A DNA stretch of 64,000 nt from Bigelowiella natans CCMP2755 (lineage: Eukaryota > Protista > Cercozoa): NCBI GenBank assembly GCA_000320545.1, contig ADNK01003482.1, positions 1 through 64,000 on the forward strand. The letters are read 5' to 3'. The position numbers were made by a program, and so were the translations under genes. Below are positions 26,195-40,500 of the stretch, piece by piece. The number at the start of each line of letters is the position of its first letter. The first letter of the stretch is position 1. The notes under the pieces were generated by a model. The model saw nothing but the letters and a program-made list of their open reading frames with translations. It was not told the DNA's origin and did not search any database.

Positions 26195-27576
26195 TCTATG
26201 TACCTTCCCCATAGAAATCCAATGCCTGTAGGACCCAGCATCTTATGTCCTGAACGACGACAAAAGAGTGGTAAGCTAGGAGATGATCATATGTAATGAC
26301 GGCTGTGATGGTGATATAGAGCATGGAGAGATCAATTACTACAAGAGAACCCATCAAGTGAAAGATATGTAAGTATGAACGTATGTATGTATAATTTAGA
26401 ATATGGGATGCAATAAGTTGGGAGGAAGGAGGAAATCGCGTTCATTCCAACGCAAATAACTTCATACCTGAGGCGGATATAAAGTCAGCACCTAATTCAC
26501 GCACATCGACAGGCATATGGGGAACACTTTGACAGGCATCCAAGGATAGCACTGCCCCTGCCTCGTGAGTCAATCGGGCTATTTCATTAACCGGGTTGAC
26601 GCATCCGAGGACATTGGAAACATGATTCACAGCAACGATCTATTTATGACAGAAAAGTCACTAAATAAAACGAAGAACATTTTGAAAAGTACAATGTGTG
26701 GTTTCACCAACCTTTGTTTTCCCAGGATTCAGCATAGATTTGAAAGCTTCCAGATCAAATGCCTGCATGTAGAGGAAGTGAGGCAAACGTTGAGCATACT
26801 ACCCCCTGCACAATGATATTATTACTATTACTCCAATGCAATTTATAGTAAACAATAACAATAATCATAATGGCAATAATTCTAGTAGTGAGGATGAAAT
26901 AATGGTAAATCATTTGCTCTCCCACCACCTGATCATTCGACAACGGGACGAACCTCAGAATGGCTCCTTTTCGTTCAGCCAAATTCTGCCACGGCACTAA
27001 GTTGCTGTGGTGCTCCATCACTGAAAGAATGATTTCATCTCCTTCTGAAACATGCAGATCGCCCCAACCTCTAGCTACCAAATTGAGGGCTTCTGTAGCG
27101 CCACGTGTGAAGACAACCTCTTCTGGCTCTGCGTTTATCAATGATGCGACTTTTGATCTTGCCTTGTTAATGCCCGACTGGATATCGGACTCATCTAGAA
27201 ATGTAGTAGCGTTTTTGGATGCCTCTCGAAGGACCTCTGTTACCTTTCTTGGTTTTTGGGATGTGGCAGCGCTGTCGAGATACAGTAATGGCTTTCCCTC
27301 GTGAACCTTTTGCATCAGGATGGGAAATTCTCCTTGGAGTGCTTCGCCCATACTCATTGATGCTTCGGATGTTATTGAAGAGTCGACTATAGAAGAAGAG
27401 TATATCTTTCCTCTACTTGGTCTTCGGGAATGGAAAAGAAGAGTGGGAGCCGGGGGGAAGCGAGTCCGCTGTACCCCCCTCCACAGGTTCCCATTTCTGC
27501 CTTGCTTGCCATGAAATGTGAAAAACACTGCAACAGCCAGAATGAGAAAAAATATCGTTTTGCGTTTATTCATCAT
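25143..27576 (-). CDS. sufS: SufS-type (group II) cysteine desulfurase with bipartite plastid-targeting leader
   Basis: YLDSAATSQKP, FTRGATEALN, EHHSNLVPWQ, HVSNVLG, DACQS, SG|HKMLGPTGIG, RFEAG, IRSGHHCTQP, RASLYVYNT. Hydrophobic signal followed by an Arg/Ser-rich transit-like segment. Confidence 0.93.
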
Positions 27577-27786
27577 TTTGTTCGTGTCCAGGGAGGAATA
27601 TTGGGTTTGCGTGAGGGCTCCTCCTCCTCCTCCTCCTTCTTCTTTGTTTTCGTTCGTTCTTAGTAGGGTCCCCGTCTCGTGTCCATTGTCGTATGGTTGT
27701 TGTGGAATGTGTTGTGTGGTTGTTGTGTGGTTGTTGTGTGGTTGTCATTGTTGTTGTCGTTGTTGTTGTCGTTGTTGTTGTCGTTG

Positions 27787-28022
27787 TTAGTTAACTATTC
27801 TGTTCGCGTCCTTGACTTACCAATTATGTTAATGAAAGAATTTTAGCTGGGAAGTCAAGGACGCGAACAGAATAACTAGTTAGTTAGTTAGTTAGTTAGT
27901 TATTCTTTTCGCGCCCTTGACTTCCCAGCTATGTTGTTACACCGAAGTGTCAGAAAATCATGGACAAATACCATGGATTTCTTGGCTTATATGACTAACA
28001 AATTTTTATTTTCAAGGTGTTC

Positions 28023-28087
<65 letters not shown>

Positions 28088-28195
28088 GCTCTTTTTCGAT
28101 TCCTTGACTCACTCATCATCCCCACCCACCATCGTCACCCCCTGCAAGCCTGGGCAGTCAAGGATGCGACTAGAATAACTAACTAACTAACTAAT
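27787..28195. mobile_element. Four copies of a ~30-35 bp unit in alternating orientation (two back-to-back MITE-like inverted-repeat elements) bounded by (TTAG)n/(CTAA)n
   Basis: TATTCTGTTCGCGTCCTTGACTT at ~27795-27818 pairs with its reverse complement at ~27852-27874. A variant at ~27900-27930 pairs with ~28147-28180, followed by (CTAA)n. Confidence 0.6.
28023..28088. repeat. (GTT)n microsatellite inside the second inverted-repeat element
   Basis: Directly visible. Confidence 0.95.
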
Positions 28196-28282
28196 CGAAA
28201 GCATTCATGCCTTGTGCAGTGAGCGCACTCGGAACAGAATAAAAGTAGTAAGAGGCGATTGAACGTGAACATACAAGAGACG

Positions 28283-28760
28283 ATGGCCCGAAAAGGCACT
28301 TCTGAAAAACTGCAGCAGGGTGAAAAGAGATCATCTCCAGTCTTGGTGGGAATGCTGGTGTGGCATGGGTCGGAAGATTCCCGCAGGGATGAGGAAGGGA
28401 AGCCTCGATGTAACTCAAAGATCAAGCTCTGGAATCGTGAGACAGTTGTAGGAAGGGGTAAAAAGCTCCAAGCGCGTATAAGACAAAGCCTCGTTTCCAG
28501 GTTGTTTCGAAGTTTAACAGGGGAGAAAGCCCGATCGCCTAAAGCAACAGTTCCCATTCAGCCGTTTATTTTCATGATTATTTGTAGGAAACATGCTACC
28601 ATCCGAGTTTTCCCAGGGACGGGCAAATCACGTCAAAACCTTGTGTGTGAATTGGTTGACAACTCCACAAATGGAACCTACGTGAATGGCACCAGAATTG
28701 ATCAACATTACCTAGAAGACGGCGACTTGATTGCTTTTGGTGTGAACATTTGATTGTCAT

Positions 28761-28793
<33 letters not shown>

Positions 28794-30715
28794 ATACACA
28801 TAGACTTTTTGAACATCGCTTACGCACAGCAGGCGCGTGCGTAAGCGTCCCTGATGCGTTGGTGATTTTCATTATTGCAAGGTGCGATCGGCCCCCTCGC
28901 TAAAGTGGGTGAATATCAAGATAACTATCTCGCCAGCGGTACCGTGTTCCAATATAGGGCAGCTGGTGGTCTTCACTGGGACGATAAATACGACGATAAC
29001 GATCAAGATAAGGAGGCGGAAATGGAAGAATGGGAACAGGATCGACTTTATGACCATCCCCCACGTACAATGAAAAGCGAGGAGAAGGCAAGAGGCAAAG
29101 CAGCAAATGATAGTATGAGGGTAAAGGCGTCGTCATCTAGGTCTTTATCTGTGAAGAAGGGCGCAAAAGTAAGAACAAAGAAATTGAATAAGAAGCGAAA
29201 TGCCAAAGCCACATCGTCGAGGAATAAAAAGAAAAAGAGGAAGCAAGGAGCAGGTGTAGACAGCAACGGAATGAGGACGTGCGAGATGTGTGGGGTGCTT
29301 CATAAATGGAAATGGGGATCAGGAAGATTTTGTGCTCAATCTTGTGCAGCTCAGTATTCCAGGAAACGTGGACCGCAGGTAGTAGAAAAGGGGGTAGGGG
29401 GAACAAGAGGAGACAAATATCTATGATGATGCCAGAAGAGCATCTTCCTTCTCAGTTTCCCAATGCTGCTTATACTTAAGAAGTGTATATTTTGCGTTGT
29501 TTTGTAGCGCAATTGTGTGTGATAACCTATAATAACGATGGTGGGAATTGCTCAGTCTGCGGTTGGGAAGAACAAACGGGGACGGAATACGATCACCTCG
29601 AACACAGATGGAGGAAGATCGACCAAACCATCTAAGAAGAGAAGGCAACACCAGCGTAAGTCGGCCAAAAGTAGTAGTAGTAGTAGTAGCTTCAACGCCA
29701 GCAGCAGATCATCGGCAGATGCTGGAGCAACGACACGAAGAACAACGAGAAGATCCGCTGCAGTCGCAGCAGCGATGATCAAAGAAGAGGAGGAGGAGGA
29801 GGAGGAGGAGGAGGAGGAAGCAGAAAATGATTTGGACGAAGAAGAATATGATGATGATGATGATGAGGAGGAGGAGGAGGAGGTATTCAGCTCGCGCAAC
29901 CGTCGCAAAAATCGGAAACGAGGCGTGAAAATGGAAGATGAAGATGAGGAGGCATCAGATGCTGCAGAAGGGGACACTTTTGAATCTGAACTTGCTGAAA
30001 TTGAATTCCTCCGCAAACGATTTCCCCCACCATCTGGTCGCACCGAGCGACTAACACTCCGGCCATCATGGATGACGATACATCCCGCCACTAAATTCTT
30101 CAAGTAATAATATAAGCAATATCGGTACTACTATATCACAGAGGAGGAGATTTGTCGAGTATGAGTTAACCCCTTGATGATGATACTATGATCAGGGTTG
30201 AGGCCTCCTTGGGCGTGCGATGTTACGAATCTAAAGACGTTACTTCGTTTGTGCGTCCTGAAATTCATATAAAGAAAGCAACGATAATTCCGTGCGCAGA
30301 GGTGTGTCCTCCTTGGGTACGCGTTGGCCATTTCTGGGTTCCTATCCAGCTTGGCGAGAAGACCTTCCTCCGAGAAGACAAAACGACAAGGAAACTTTGG
30401 AATCTCCACGTCACTCAGCCTTTCGCTCAACAAACAACAGCAGGAGGAGGAGGAGGAGGAGGGGAGAAGAGGAGGGAGTCTTCTGGGAAGGATGCGACAA
30501 CTGCCACTGAGAATGGCAGCAGCACAGCCAGTATCAATAGCAGTGTTAGGGGCAAAAAGACGAAAAAGAAAGCAAAAAAGAGCGAGACCACCGTGGTCGA
30601 GAATGCGTGTGAAATATGCGGAAAACCTGCCACCTGGGGTAAACTAAGATTTTGTGGAAGATCGTGCGCCGCAAAGCTGGCGGCTACCTCTGGATACAAA
30701 AGAGGGGGAAAGTAA
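28283..30715 (+). CDS. FHA-domain nuclear protein with two FCS-type zinc-ribbon motifs and acidic tracts
   Basis: FHA: TVVGR..VS|RKHATI...LVDNSTNGTYVNG...LEDGDLIAFG. Zinc motifs CEMCG..WGSGRFCAQSCA and CEICG..WGKLRFCGRSCA. May extend to a last exon ending near 31080. Confidence 0.8.
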
Positions 30716-30978
30716 GAAGAGAGAAAAAACTTCAGATTGTACCAACAAATACCATAATTTTGTCCTATTATCATCATCGAGTATTACTGAACTCCAACAA
30801 TGAAAACATTAATAATAACTTACAAAATGAAACTACTTGTCTGCTACTGTGGAGATTTACAATATCTGAGACGCAAGAACCTCCACTGAGTTTGATGAAG
30901 AGAATTGTATGTCACAACTAGATGATTATGTATAAATATAAATATATACTGCACACACACACACACACACGCACACAT

Positions 30979-31018
<40 letters not shown>

Positions 31019-31603
31019 TTGTTCACATTCAACCATACTCCAGGAAAAAGCAGGCAGAGAATACTTACTACAGAGGATGATGTAGCATCTGGTCTTCAAA
31101 TCTTCAGTACTACCCAGATATAGGCGCCATTATGTGATATGTGATACAATACGAGCTGCTGTTGATGCTATGGGAGACACGGAAAAATGCTAGCAACCAG
31201 GTTTATAATTTGCACAATCTTCAGAACCTCTATGCCGTAGGATGCATGCTTGGCATGGACCAATTTCACAACTGATCGATGCATCACAAACATGCATGCA
31301 CACATCTGCTAGCCTGTGCTGCAACTTTGCAGAGCTCTCGAGCTCTAGAGCTAATGATGCCAGGATGACGAGTCAAAGAATGTCCGTAGGCCTCATCTCA
31401 TCATCTGCACACCACCCGCCGTTTCGTGCATGTGCACAGTTTGCTTCACATGTCAATGTCGCACTTGCCAATGTGGCAATGCATCTGTTCATGGCTGCAT
31501 GTACGCTAGCAGCAGCGTCAAAGCATATGCTGCTGTGTGCCATCTAGGCCATGACATCCACAGCGATGGACAAAACGCGCACATAATGTTCATTGTGCAC
31601 ACA

Positions 31604-31634
<31 letters not shown>

Positions 31635-31678
31635 GCATGCATGCATATGTGTACATGTTTGTACATGCATGTGCACAC

Positions 31679-31722
<44 letters not shown>

Positions 31723-32203
31723 AACTCAAGCTGAAAAAGAAGCACGGGACACTGCACGCGCTGTACGACACAGACGACATGATGCAGATGCTTTCACATG
31801 CATGAAACACATCATAGCGGAAATAAACAGATACAACATCAGCGCTGTAGCCGCTGCTTTGCATAGCTACATCAGGATGACCATTGAAAAGATTTAATTA
31901 TAATCAATTCATTACATCCGTGTCATATATATAAATGTGTAAATATTACACTGGATGTAACACATTTACCTAATTGCACTTTACAACGATATATCAGATC
32001 GAATATTATTGCTACGCATTCATAGCGATAATAATCAAAGTAAAGCAAGACTACATTGTAACTAACAATAAAGCATGACCACACAGCCCAAGAAGCATTG
32101 GGCAGGTGTCAATATATAATAATTCATTCCTTTATCAGCTGAACTCGTGACTAATTCAACAGCTTGCTTGTGTAGTGGGAGTCCCACTTCTACGCAGTGG
32201 TTC

Positions 32204-33277
32204 TCATTGCTTTGCAGAACGAAGTTGTACCTTTCCCTCAATATATTTGAATATAAATTTTATCTCCTCCTTCGCCATCCCGCTGAATTCATTATCTGTT
32301 TCATTTGTAAGCACCTTTGACATTATTACATAGCAATCAAGATGAATCATTAACCATGTCGTCTCCTTTAAATCAAACACCAAGGACGAAGATACAGGTG
32401 TGTAAAAACTACTTACCCAGGTTTTCTCTAGATCCTTAGCTTCTATTTGCTTTCGACATATCGGACATGTGTTGTTCTTTACATTCCACTCCGTTATACA
32501 TCCTTCACAGAATGCATGCATGCATGGGAGGACGACGTCGCTTGGCATATCGAAGCATATCGAGCATAACTCTAACAAACCACACAATCAAAGGTAAGAG
32601 ACTGATGCTGACGATGACAATGATGTGCTCATGGCCACGCTATTTCGAATCACCTGCAGATTGAACCTTCTCCAGTTGTGGAGGTTGCTGCTCAACATTG
32701 CCGCTGCTCTCATCCTCCCTCTCCTCCTCTCCACCTCCCGCCTGAGCAACCACAATCGCGATGAAAAAGAATCAAGATGGGTTATTGAGACATCAAACTA
32801 GCAGACATAGTTGTTGTTGTTCACACACAGCAACTATGCAACCAGACGGGTATTGTTGTTAAACCTTTAAATTTTCCTTTTTGTCTGGCGATTTTATGAA
32901 CAGCGGTAACGACTTTACAAAACAGGTGTCCCTTGATCTAGAGGACGACAACTTGTTCTTGTTCCCATGCTGCACATCCACATTATAGTACACAGACGTC
33001 CTCCATCTGAACCGTCGCGATTTGTGCCTCGACGATTTCCTTTTTCCTACGTGATAAACAGACAGATGCGAGCGACAACAGATTGAATAATGAAGGTACT
33101 ATAAGGCTGCTATAGAGGTTGTTTTGAGTAAGCATACCGTCTGATGCTGATGCTGCTGCTGCTGATGGTGATGCTTGTCGTTTTAGTTTGGACGACGATT
33201 GTTTTGCCTCCGAGGATAACGACGACGAATCCTAAGGATTAAGAAGTAGGTCATGCTTTTATATGATTATAGTGATA

Positions 33278-33308
<31 letters not shown>

Positions 33309-33625
33309 CGATGATTCTGGGTGAGATCATGCCGAACTTGGCCTCCGCTAACTTCATTTGCTAATTTTCTGACATCACACTACCTGTGAAAGCTTCTCTA
33401 ATAACTTGCTGCTTTCCATCATCTTGAGACGAATGTAGTAAAATTGATTTATCTGGTATACCAAAATCTCTTAGAATGAATAATATGTTATCTGCTTTAC
33501 ACATTATCTACCGTAAGAATATGCCGTTTTTGCTGCTGCTGATTTCCCTATGAGATAAAGGGGGTAGAACAATTGAGAGGAGTCGCGCCACTCCCGAGAT
33601 GATAATGATAATGATGATGATGATA

Positions 33626-33663
<38 letters not shown>

Positions 33664-33859
33664 AAAAGCTAGCTTCCGAGAAGTTCAATTGTAATTCAAA
33701 TATGATTAATCAATTTCTCATTTCCTACGTTTCAGTCACCACCAGCTCAAACTTAATTTACGGGTCTCTTGTTTGCGAGATACATTTTGCATCATCATCA
33801 TCATCATCATCATCATCACCACCATCACAAGTTGTTATGGAGCTCTACTACTACTTCTT

Positions 33860-33904
<45 letters not shown>

Positions 33905-34422
33905 GCACCTCTGTGTTAGAAGGGATGATGTGAGTCATGATGAGCACGTTGCCAAACCAGCTCCAATACTGATCTAATTCTCCCAAAGCCAGACGACTGA
34001 TGATAATAATAATAAACAAATAAATAATCATAAATAATAAAAATATAACAATAATAATAACAATAGCCCTGGATTTATATTCCTGTTCTCCTTGTTGATT
34101 GATTAACGTGAGATTAAAACAAACCTGTAAAGCTCGAAGCGCAGTCTTCTCTGCTCCTGGGGGTCGATGAAAAGGTCTGCCAACCTATACAACAGGACGC
34201 AAAAAAAATTGTAAGAACCACAGTCGATTCCGAAGATGAGCACTTGACCTTTCGTTGGTATCTTTTACGTCGTCCATGAGTTTTTGGAAGGATTTTGATC
34301 TGAACATGCAGTATCAGCATCATCGAAATGTCGATGAAGAGAATGTAATTACAATCTCAACAGTAGGAAACCTACTCGTTCCTAACACGGGTGGAATTCT
34401 CAGCCCCAAACGCAGCGCCCAT
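32204..34422 (-). CDS. RNF141-like RING-HC E3 ubiquitin ligase, N-terminal MG (possible myristoylation)
   Basis: CSICFDMPSDVVLPCMHAFCEGCITEWNVKNNTCPICR..WV|LT; upstream exon INQFYYIR; start MGAAFG at 34422. Confidence 0.75.
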
Positions 34423-34966
34423 TATGACGATGGCCTTTGTCAAGGGAGCCTGATCTTTGTCCCTTCGTCACCGAGCAGTTCTAGCAGCTTCTTCGTCTTA
34501 TTATGGCCTCCTTCGAATGTTGACTGGTTTAATGACCACGAGGACACTATTTAGTCCATTATAAATAGAATATTCCTCGTGTAAGAAATCCAAAACGATG
34601 AATTCCAAACCATTGTCGACAACAAGCACAATTAAGGCAGTTGAGAAGTGTGTAAAGAATTTGCAGCAAGTTCCTGGTATAATGATGACAGTGTATTGTT
34701 TGTTAAGTTTGATGACGATGGTCCATGTGATTCATCAACTACGACTTCCGAAATTAGCGGAAAAATGAAAACGGCTGACAACAACAGTTGAAAATTCCAG
34801 TTAATTTTGTGTAAAAGTTACGTATATTTCATTGTCTCTGTAAATAAAACGGCATCTGATTACTTGTTGAACCCCTTCCCCCCGATCAAACAATGATCCG
34901 TTGACCCACCCCAATGATCAAAGCGATCTTGAAACTTGCGAAAAAAAATAATGCCCTGATAGAGAC

Positions 34967-35662
34967 ATGTCCGCGCGCAAGAGGACTCGGATTCGGCCGA
35001 GCAAATTGGCCAAATCTAAAAAGCCACTCAGGGAACTTGAGGTCGTCAACGACAACATCGATCGATCGATCGGCATTATGTACAAATCATTCATTTTAGA
35101 ATCCCATGTTCTACTGCGGTAACATATTGGCGTCAAGCTCACATACTGTACAATTTGGATTATTATTGAATCTTAGACTAATATCTTCAAGTTCATTGCT
35201 CGTGGTTCGGCTTCGTCAAAGACCCTTTCCAAGGGGCAGTTAACAAGGTTTTTGCTTCCTTCTGTTTTTGTGCTTTGTGCGTAATACAATTGGGAGGGGA
35301 TTCGCAATTAGTCGGTGTCATCATAATGGTAATATCATTGCAATATATCAAATGTACCACAGTTGTCTGTCAAGAAGTCAGATTTGGATTCTCTTATTTG
35401 GTGTTTTGTATGTGTGTGTGTTTATGTGAACCTCTAGGCTTCTAACTGACAACAACTTCAAGTCATCGCCATCTTCCTCTTCACCTTGTTTCTCATCATC
35501 CGGAACTAAACTTACTGAAATTCTTAATCGAGCTGTGACGCGCACCTCGTCGAATTCTTCTTCTTCCTCCAACAAATGCACATCCTCCTCATTAGACATC
35601 GAAGCATTCGTGCAGTTCATGCGGGAATTTCTCTCAGACTGCCACAGGTGCTAGCAGCGTAA

Positions 35663-35709
<47 letters not shown>

Positions 35710-37480
35710 CAATAACGTTGAAATTGTCCTAGCAGGACGACAAGAAGACATATAATGTGTGCTCCAACATTTTCACCGTAACTCTCTCCTCTTCCTCTTC
35801 TTCCTCCTCGTCCTCCTCCTCAGCGCGATGATGCTCGGAAGTAGCCCTCCGCCTCTTCACGCCACAAACCAGGGGACCGGTCAGACACCAAGAAAGTCCT
35901 ATATTTTGAGGAGTTTCTCCAGTGACTCCGCTGCTGTTGCGGAAGAAGATGAGGACAACGAGGGAGATGATAGATACAGCTGTGGATTGGAGGAAGAAAG
36001 CATTTGCTCTAACGCTGCGGTTGGGGACGATGGAATGCTGGAGATTAGGGAAGACAGCATCGATAATCTTGCATCATTGTTGATGCGCATATGTAGCCGC
36101 AGCTTCCACCAAGTGAGTAGTACACTACACATTCACCGACGACGATAACGATGACGGCGACGGTGGATAATTCAAAACCCGTCTTCTGCTGCAATACCTA
36201 TCATGTTTTTGAAATGATGTGTTATCTTACAGGAAACGTTTGACGATGCAAAGCAATTGCTGTTAGCAGCAGCAGCAGCAGCAGAGGGACGCAAGTCGTC
36301 CTTTACCGATGAAGAGAAGGACACTAAGTGGGTACTGCACGCCAGGAGCAGAATCGACGTTTCTTCTCCTCCTCCTGATGCAGCTGCCACGTTGAAGGAA
36401 GCATTCATACAGTTGGCTATAACACAGTTCCACAAGTCGATATTAGAGGGAGGTAGGTTTTTGCACACTTTATAGTGTGCAGAGAGAGAGTAGCAACAAC
36501 CCACTACGGAAGATAAGATGATGAAGAAGAAGAAGAAGAAGAAGAGCAATAGAATCTAGCCATACTATATAATACTCGCATTACCATCAAAGTTACCCAT
36601 CTTTGTTATTTCCGACCCATAGCCAATACCACCATGATAAATGATATATCAGTTGATCAAAATGTTGTATATATAGGGCTGGTGTCCTATAAGCGTGTAA
36701 TGCGTGTCGCCTGGTATGCAATGTCTGCCCCCGAACGTTTTCTCTCAAAGCAAAGGCACCGACAATCATCATCATCGCCGTCGTCATTATCTTCTCTTCG
36801 TAGCAGCTTTCCTAGGGTACGGCCAAGTTGTCGGAATCATCGTTCTTCACGTATTATTCACAGCAGCTCGAGGACGACTCATCAACATTCCTCCAGCAGT
36901 TTGGCTAATCTCCTCACGAATACCGACAGTAGTTTTAATGATAATAATAGCAATAGTGACAGTAAAAGTTGCATCGACGCCTCTATGCTGGTGTGCTCCC
37001 CGCTGAGTTTCTCTTCTTCTACTATTAATGTTCCTGGTAGAATATCATCCACATTCACTTCCCCTGCCCGAACTCCCCGCACCTCTCGCCGTCGTCTGAG
37101 CAGTAGCAGCACCCATCACCGAAGCAATAAACGTTCCAGCAAAAAGTCCTCCCATCATCTAAAGCATCACCAGAAGAAGCAGCAGGGTAGAGAGTGGGGA
37201 TATGGCGGGCACAAAAGAAACATTAGCAAAATACCCATCTCATCATCATCCATTACAAAGAATAGTCGTAATAGCGCTACTAGTAGTAGCAGCAGCAGTA
37301 GTAGTAGATTGTTGCAAAAAAATACGAAAAAGAGCAAGGAGATTCGTGGCTTATCCACGCCAGCACAAAGATTTGTAGGAGGAGAAAGGCGAGGAAAAGT
37401 AGAAGAAACAGGGAGGAGCAGCTCGGGTTAAGATGATTGTTTTTCTGTTTTCGTTGTTGGCATAATACATGACAAGGCAC

Positions 37481-37519
<39 letters not shown>

Positions 37520-40500
37520 GAGCACCATTCTTGCTTCAAGGTTTGAAATCCAGGAGGCCTATGATGATACTGAGGAATGTGCACAGATGTAAAAGAAAGC
37601 TTCTGAATGATAATACTTTTTCTCCCCCCCCCCCCCCTCTAGAGGTATCAGAGAAAATTACGTCGTCTTCCTCCTTTGGTAGAAGCAAGCTGTTACTTGA
37701 CAGCAAGTCAATACCTGCAAAAGGTGTGCCAATAGTAGCATTAACAATAGCAATGCCATTAGAATATCTGCATTTTTCGGTTAATGTATATGTGTTACGT
37801 GTGGTGATGAACATATAATCTGCATGCGACATATGTGATCATCAATTCCTACAGCGCACACACACTCGCAGATGCATGCATGATTCAACGTATATTGACA
37901 CATTTCGTATAATGGTAGTATCAGGACAGAAGAAGACGACGAGGAGTAGAAGAAAAGGAATAGTGGCCAAGATGAGTAGGCAAGGGATCATGCCAATCAA
38001 TCCGATTAAGAAAGAGGCCGTTGTTAATACCCCTACCAGCAGCAATGACGTTACGAATAGCAACACCGACAACTGTAGCAAAATTACAGAGACGGGTGCT
38101 GAAGTAACATCGTCGTCATTATTAGATTCATCAATGCTAGCATCGGAGCAGATGAATGAGCAATATAATCCTATGCTTAATGTAAAAACGCACCATCAGC
38201 TACAGCTATTATCAATGGAACAAGACTCAATAGAGCAGGATGCAGTCTTGGATGGTAGTAACTATTGTAGTGAATTGCATGAGTATGTGCAGTGTGTATG
38301 GTGTGTGCACTATACAATTAATGATGCTAATATGTGTAAATGCTCTTTCCCCCTCCTGTACTCCTAAATATCATATCCTGATTTACTGATGATGGGAGAC
38401 GACGACAACGACGACACTGATTCCTGTGATCACACTATCATGATCAGGCATGGATACATTGTTTGGTGAGCTAGATCGTCTCCTCATTGAGGACGTCGAG
38501 GAAGAAGAGAATGAGGCTCATCATGCTTATGAATTGTTAGTAAAAAATGAGGAGGAAGAGGAGGAAGATCACATCGATGATAGTAACGAAAAGAGATACC
38601 TCCAGCAGCAGCAGCAGCATAATAGTAGTAGTCGTCGTCGTAGTTATAGTAGAAGTGGCAGCACAAGTTGTCCATCACCTCAAAAGCGAATACCTAAGAA
38701 TACGAAACAGCTTTCCGCTTTACACGATGTTAGTATCGGATCTCATCATGATGCTAAGACGAATAAGACAGCAAGCAAACAGATTAATAGTAGTAGTAGT
38801 AGTATTAGTAGAAGTAGTAGAAGTAATACACAGTCTTTGTCGGGAAGAAACCATATTCTTTATAGTGACTGTACAGATGACAGTAAAAGCAGCAATAACA
38901 GCAACGTTAAAAGCAACACTAGCAAGAACATTAGTAGTGGTGGTAGTATCCGAGAAAGAAATAAACTTGCTCAGAGTAGTGGGAATATCAGTAGCAGCAA
39001 TGGAAGTAACAATCGTTGTAAAGAAGATGCGGTTGATGATAGAGTGTTAGTGAGCGTCATCCCATCCTCCTCCTCGTCTTCATTACCTTCGATCTCGGAG
39101 GTGGCAGCAGCAGCAGCAGATGTACCAGGCTCAGTAGGAGTATCTCCTTCTGAAGGAAAAGAAGAAGGCGAAGAAGAGCCCATTAACACGACTTCCTCTC
39201 AAGTGTCTAGGCTTAGAAGGTTATATAGATATGAAACATAAATGAATGGTGTGTGAAAATAAGACGATTGCTATAGATCTACGAACATAATCTTGTTGTA
39301 TGTAACGTAACGATGATATATGACTCGATCAACCTCTCTTCTATTCCAAATGTTGTTACTTGTTATTATAAAGTCGGAATCATTTTGGGAGTGACGTCCT
39401 CCGATCTGCCGTCAAGATGGTCATCACTGCTCATCCCATTCCCCCCCCCCCCACAACGTGTTGCCAGCCCTATTTTCTCCCTCGTTGTCCTCTCCCAGGA
39501 TAGGGGGATAGCATGTCTTAAGTATATAAGATACTCTTTTTAAAACGACATTTCCGATGCAATGTGGTGGTGGTGGTGGTGGTGGTGATGTTCCACTTAC
39601 TCACACTTGCGTGCCGTTGTTCCGGGCTGATTTACAACGTGGTAATTGTGCAGATGCGAAAGGCTGAGCTTGAAATTCTACAGGATATGGGGTCAGCATC
39701 ATCTTATGCTACTTCTGTATTGCGTGCTTCTTTTGTGTTGTTCCTTTACTGCTAATAATTGGTAGCAATAACATGAGATTTACTCTTTTGAAGGAAGTAA
39801 CTTAAAGCAGTTTTGATGAGTCTTTTCTCATTTATTTTCTTCTATCTTTTCTTCCTTGTTACGGTTGGTCAGATTCGCAGGAGAAGACGTAGGACAGCAA
39901 AATACCGATTCGCGTTCTCGTTGCAAAGCAGTTTTGTTTATTTTGATACGACGAGAGGAATTTCACATTTGATTGCATTGTATTGGACACCATTTGTGTT
40001 TAGGTCATTATCGACGCTCTCATGATGACACATGGAGATATAGGAGAAGCAGCAGAGCTTCTTATGCAATCACTTAGGTGCTTCAGCCTTTACTCCCTTT
40101 TTTTCAAATTCATTACTCTTACTGGCGTTGTTCCAACGTCATGTTCATCAGCATTTGTGATTTATTATCATCATAATCTGATATTACCGAATATGCATCA
40201 GTTTTCTTGAGGAGACCGAAGGACAGTCACTTGACTATTCTTATCATGTGGTTTCGCCTGTAACATCGCCCACTGCACAGCAACAACCGATGTGGGAAAC
40301 AGAAGGACTCGACGATCTAGGTGATATAAAGTCTCCTCTTCCATCACAGAATCAGCAACAACAGGAAGGAGCTTTGGATACAACTTCCCCTCCATCCTGC
40401 CCATCTCCAGTGAAAGAAGGAACAACAAAAGCGACAACAACATTAATCAAAGTTTCCAGCAGTGTAGCAGCAGAAACAGTAGAACAGAGATTGTCGGCAC

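Noticed and set aside
27787-28195. CRISPR-like array or telomeric repeat
   Set aside because: Repeat units alternate in orientation with irregular spacers, there are no cas genes, the context is eukaryotic, and the short TTAG runs are not TTAGGG.
29552-30103. Long antisense ORFs (also 42710-43309, 54459-55346, 11436-11863)
   Set aside because: They are shadows of real coding exons on the opposite strand.
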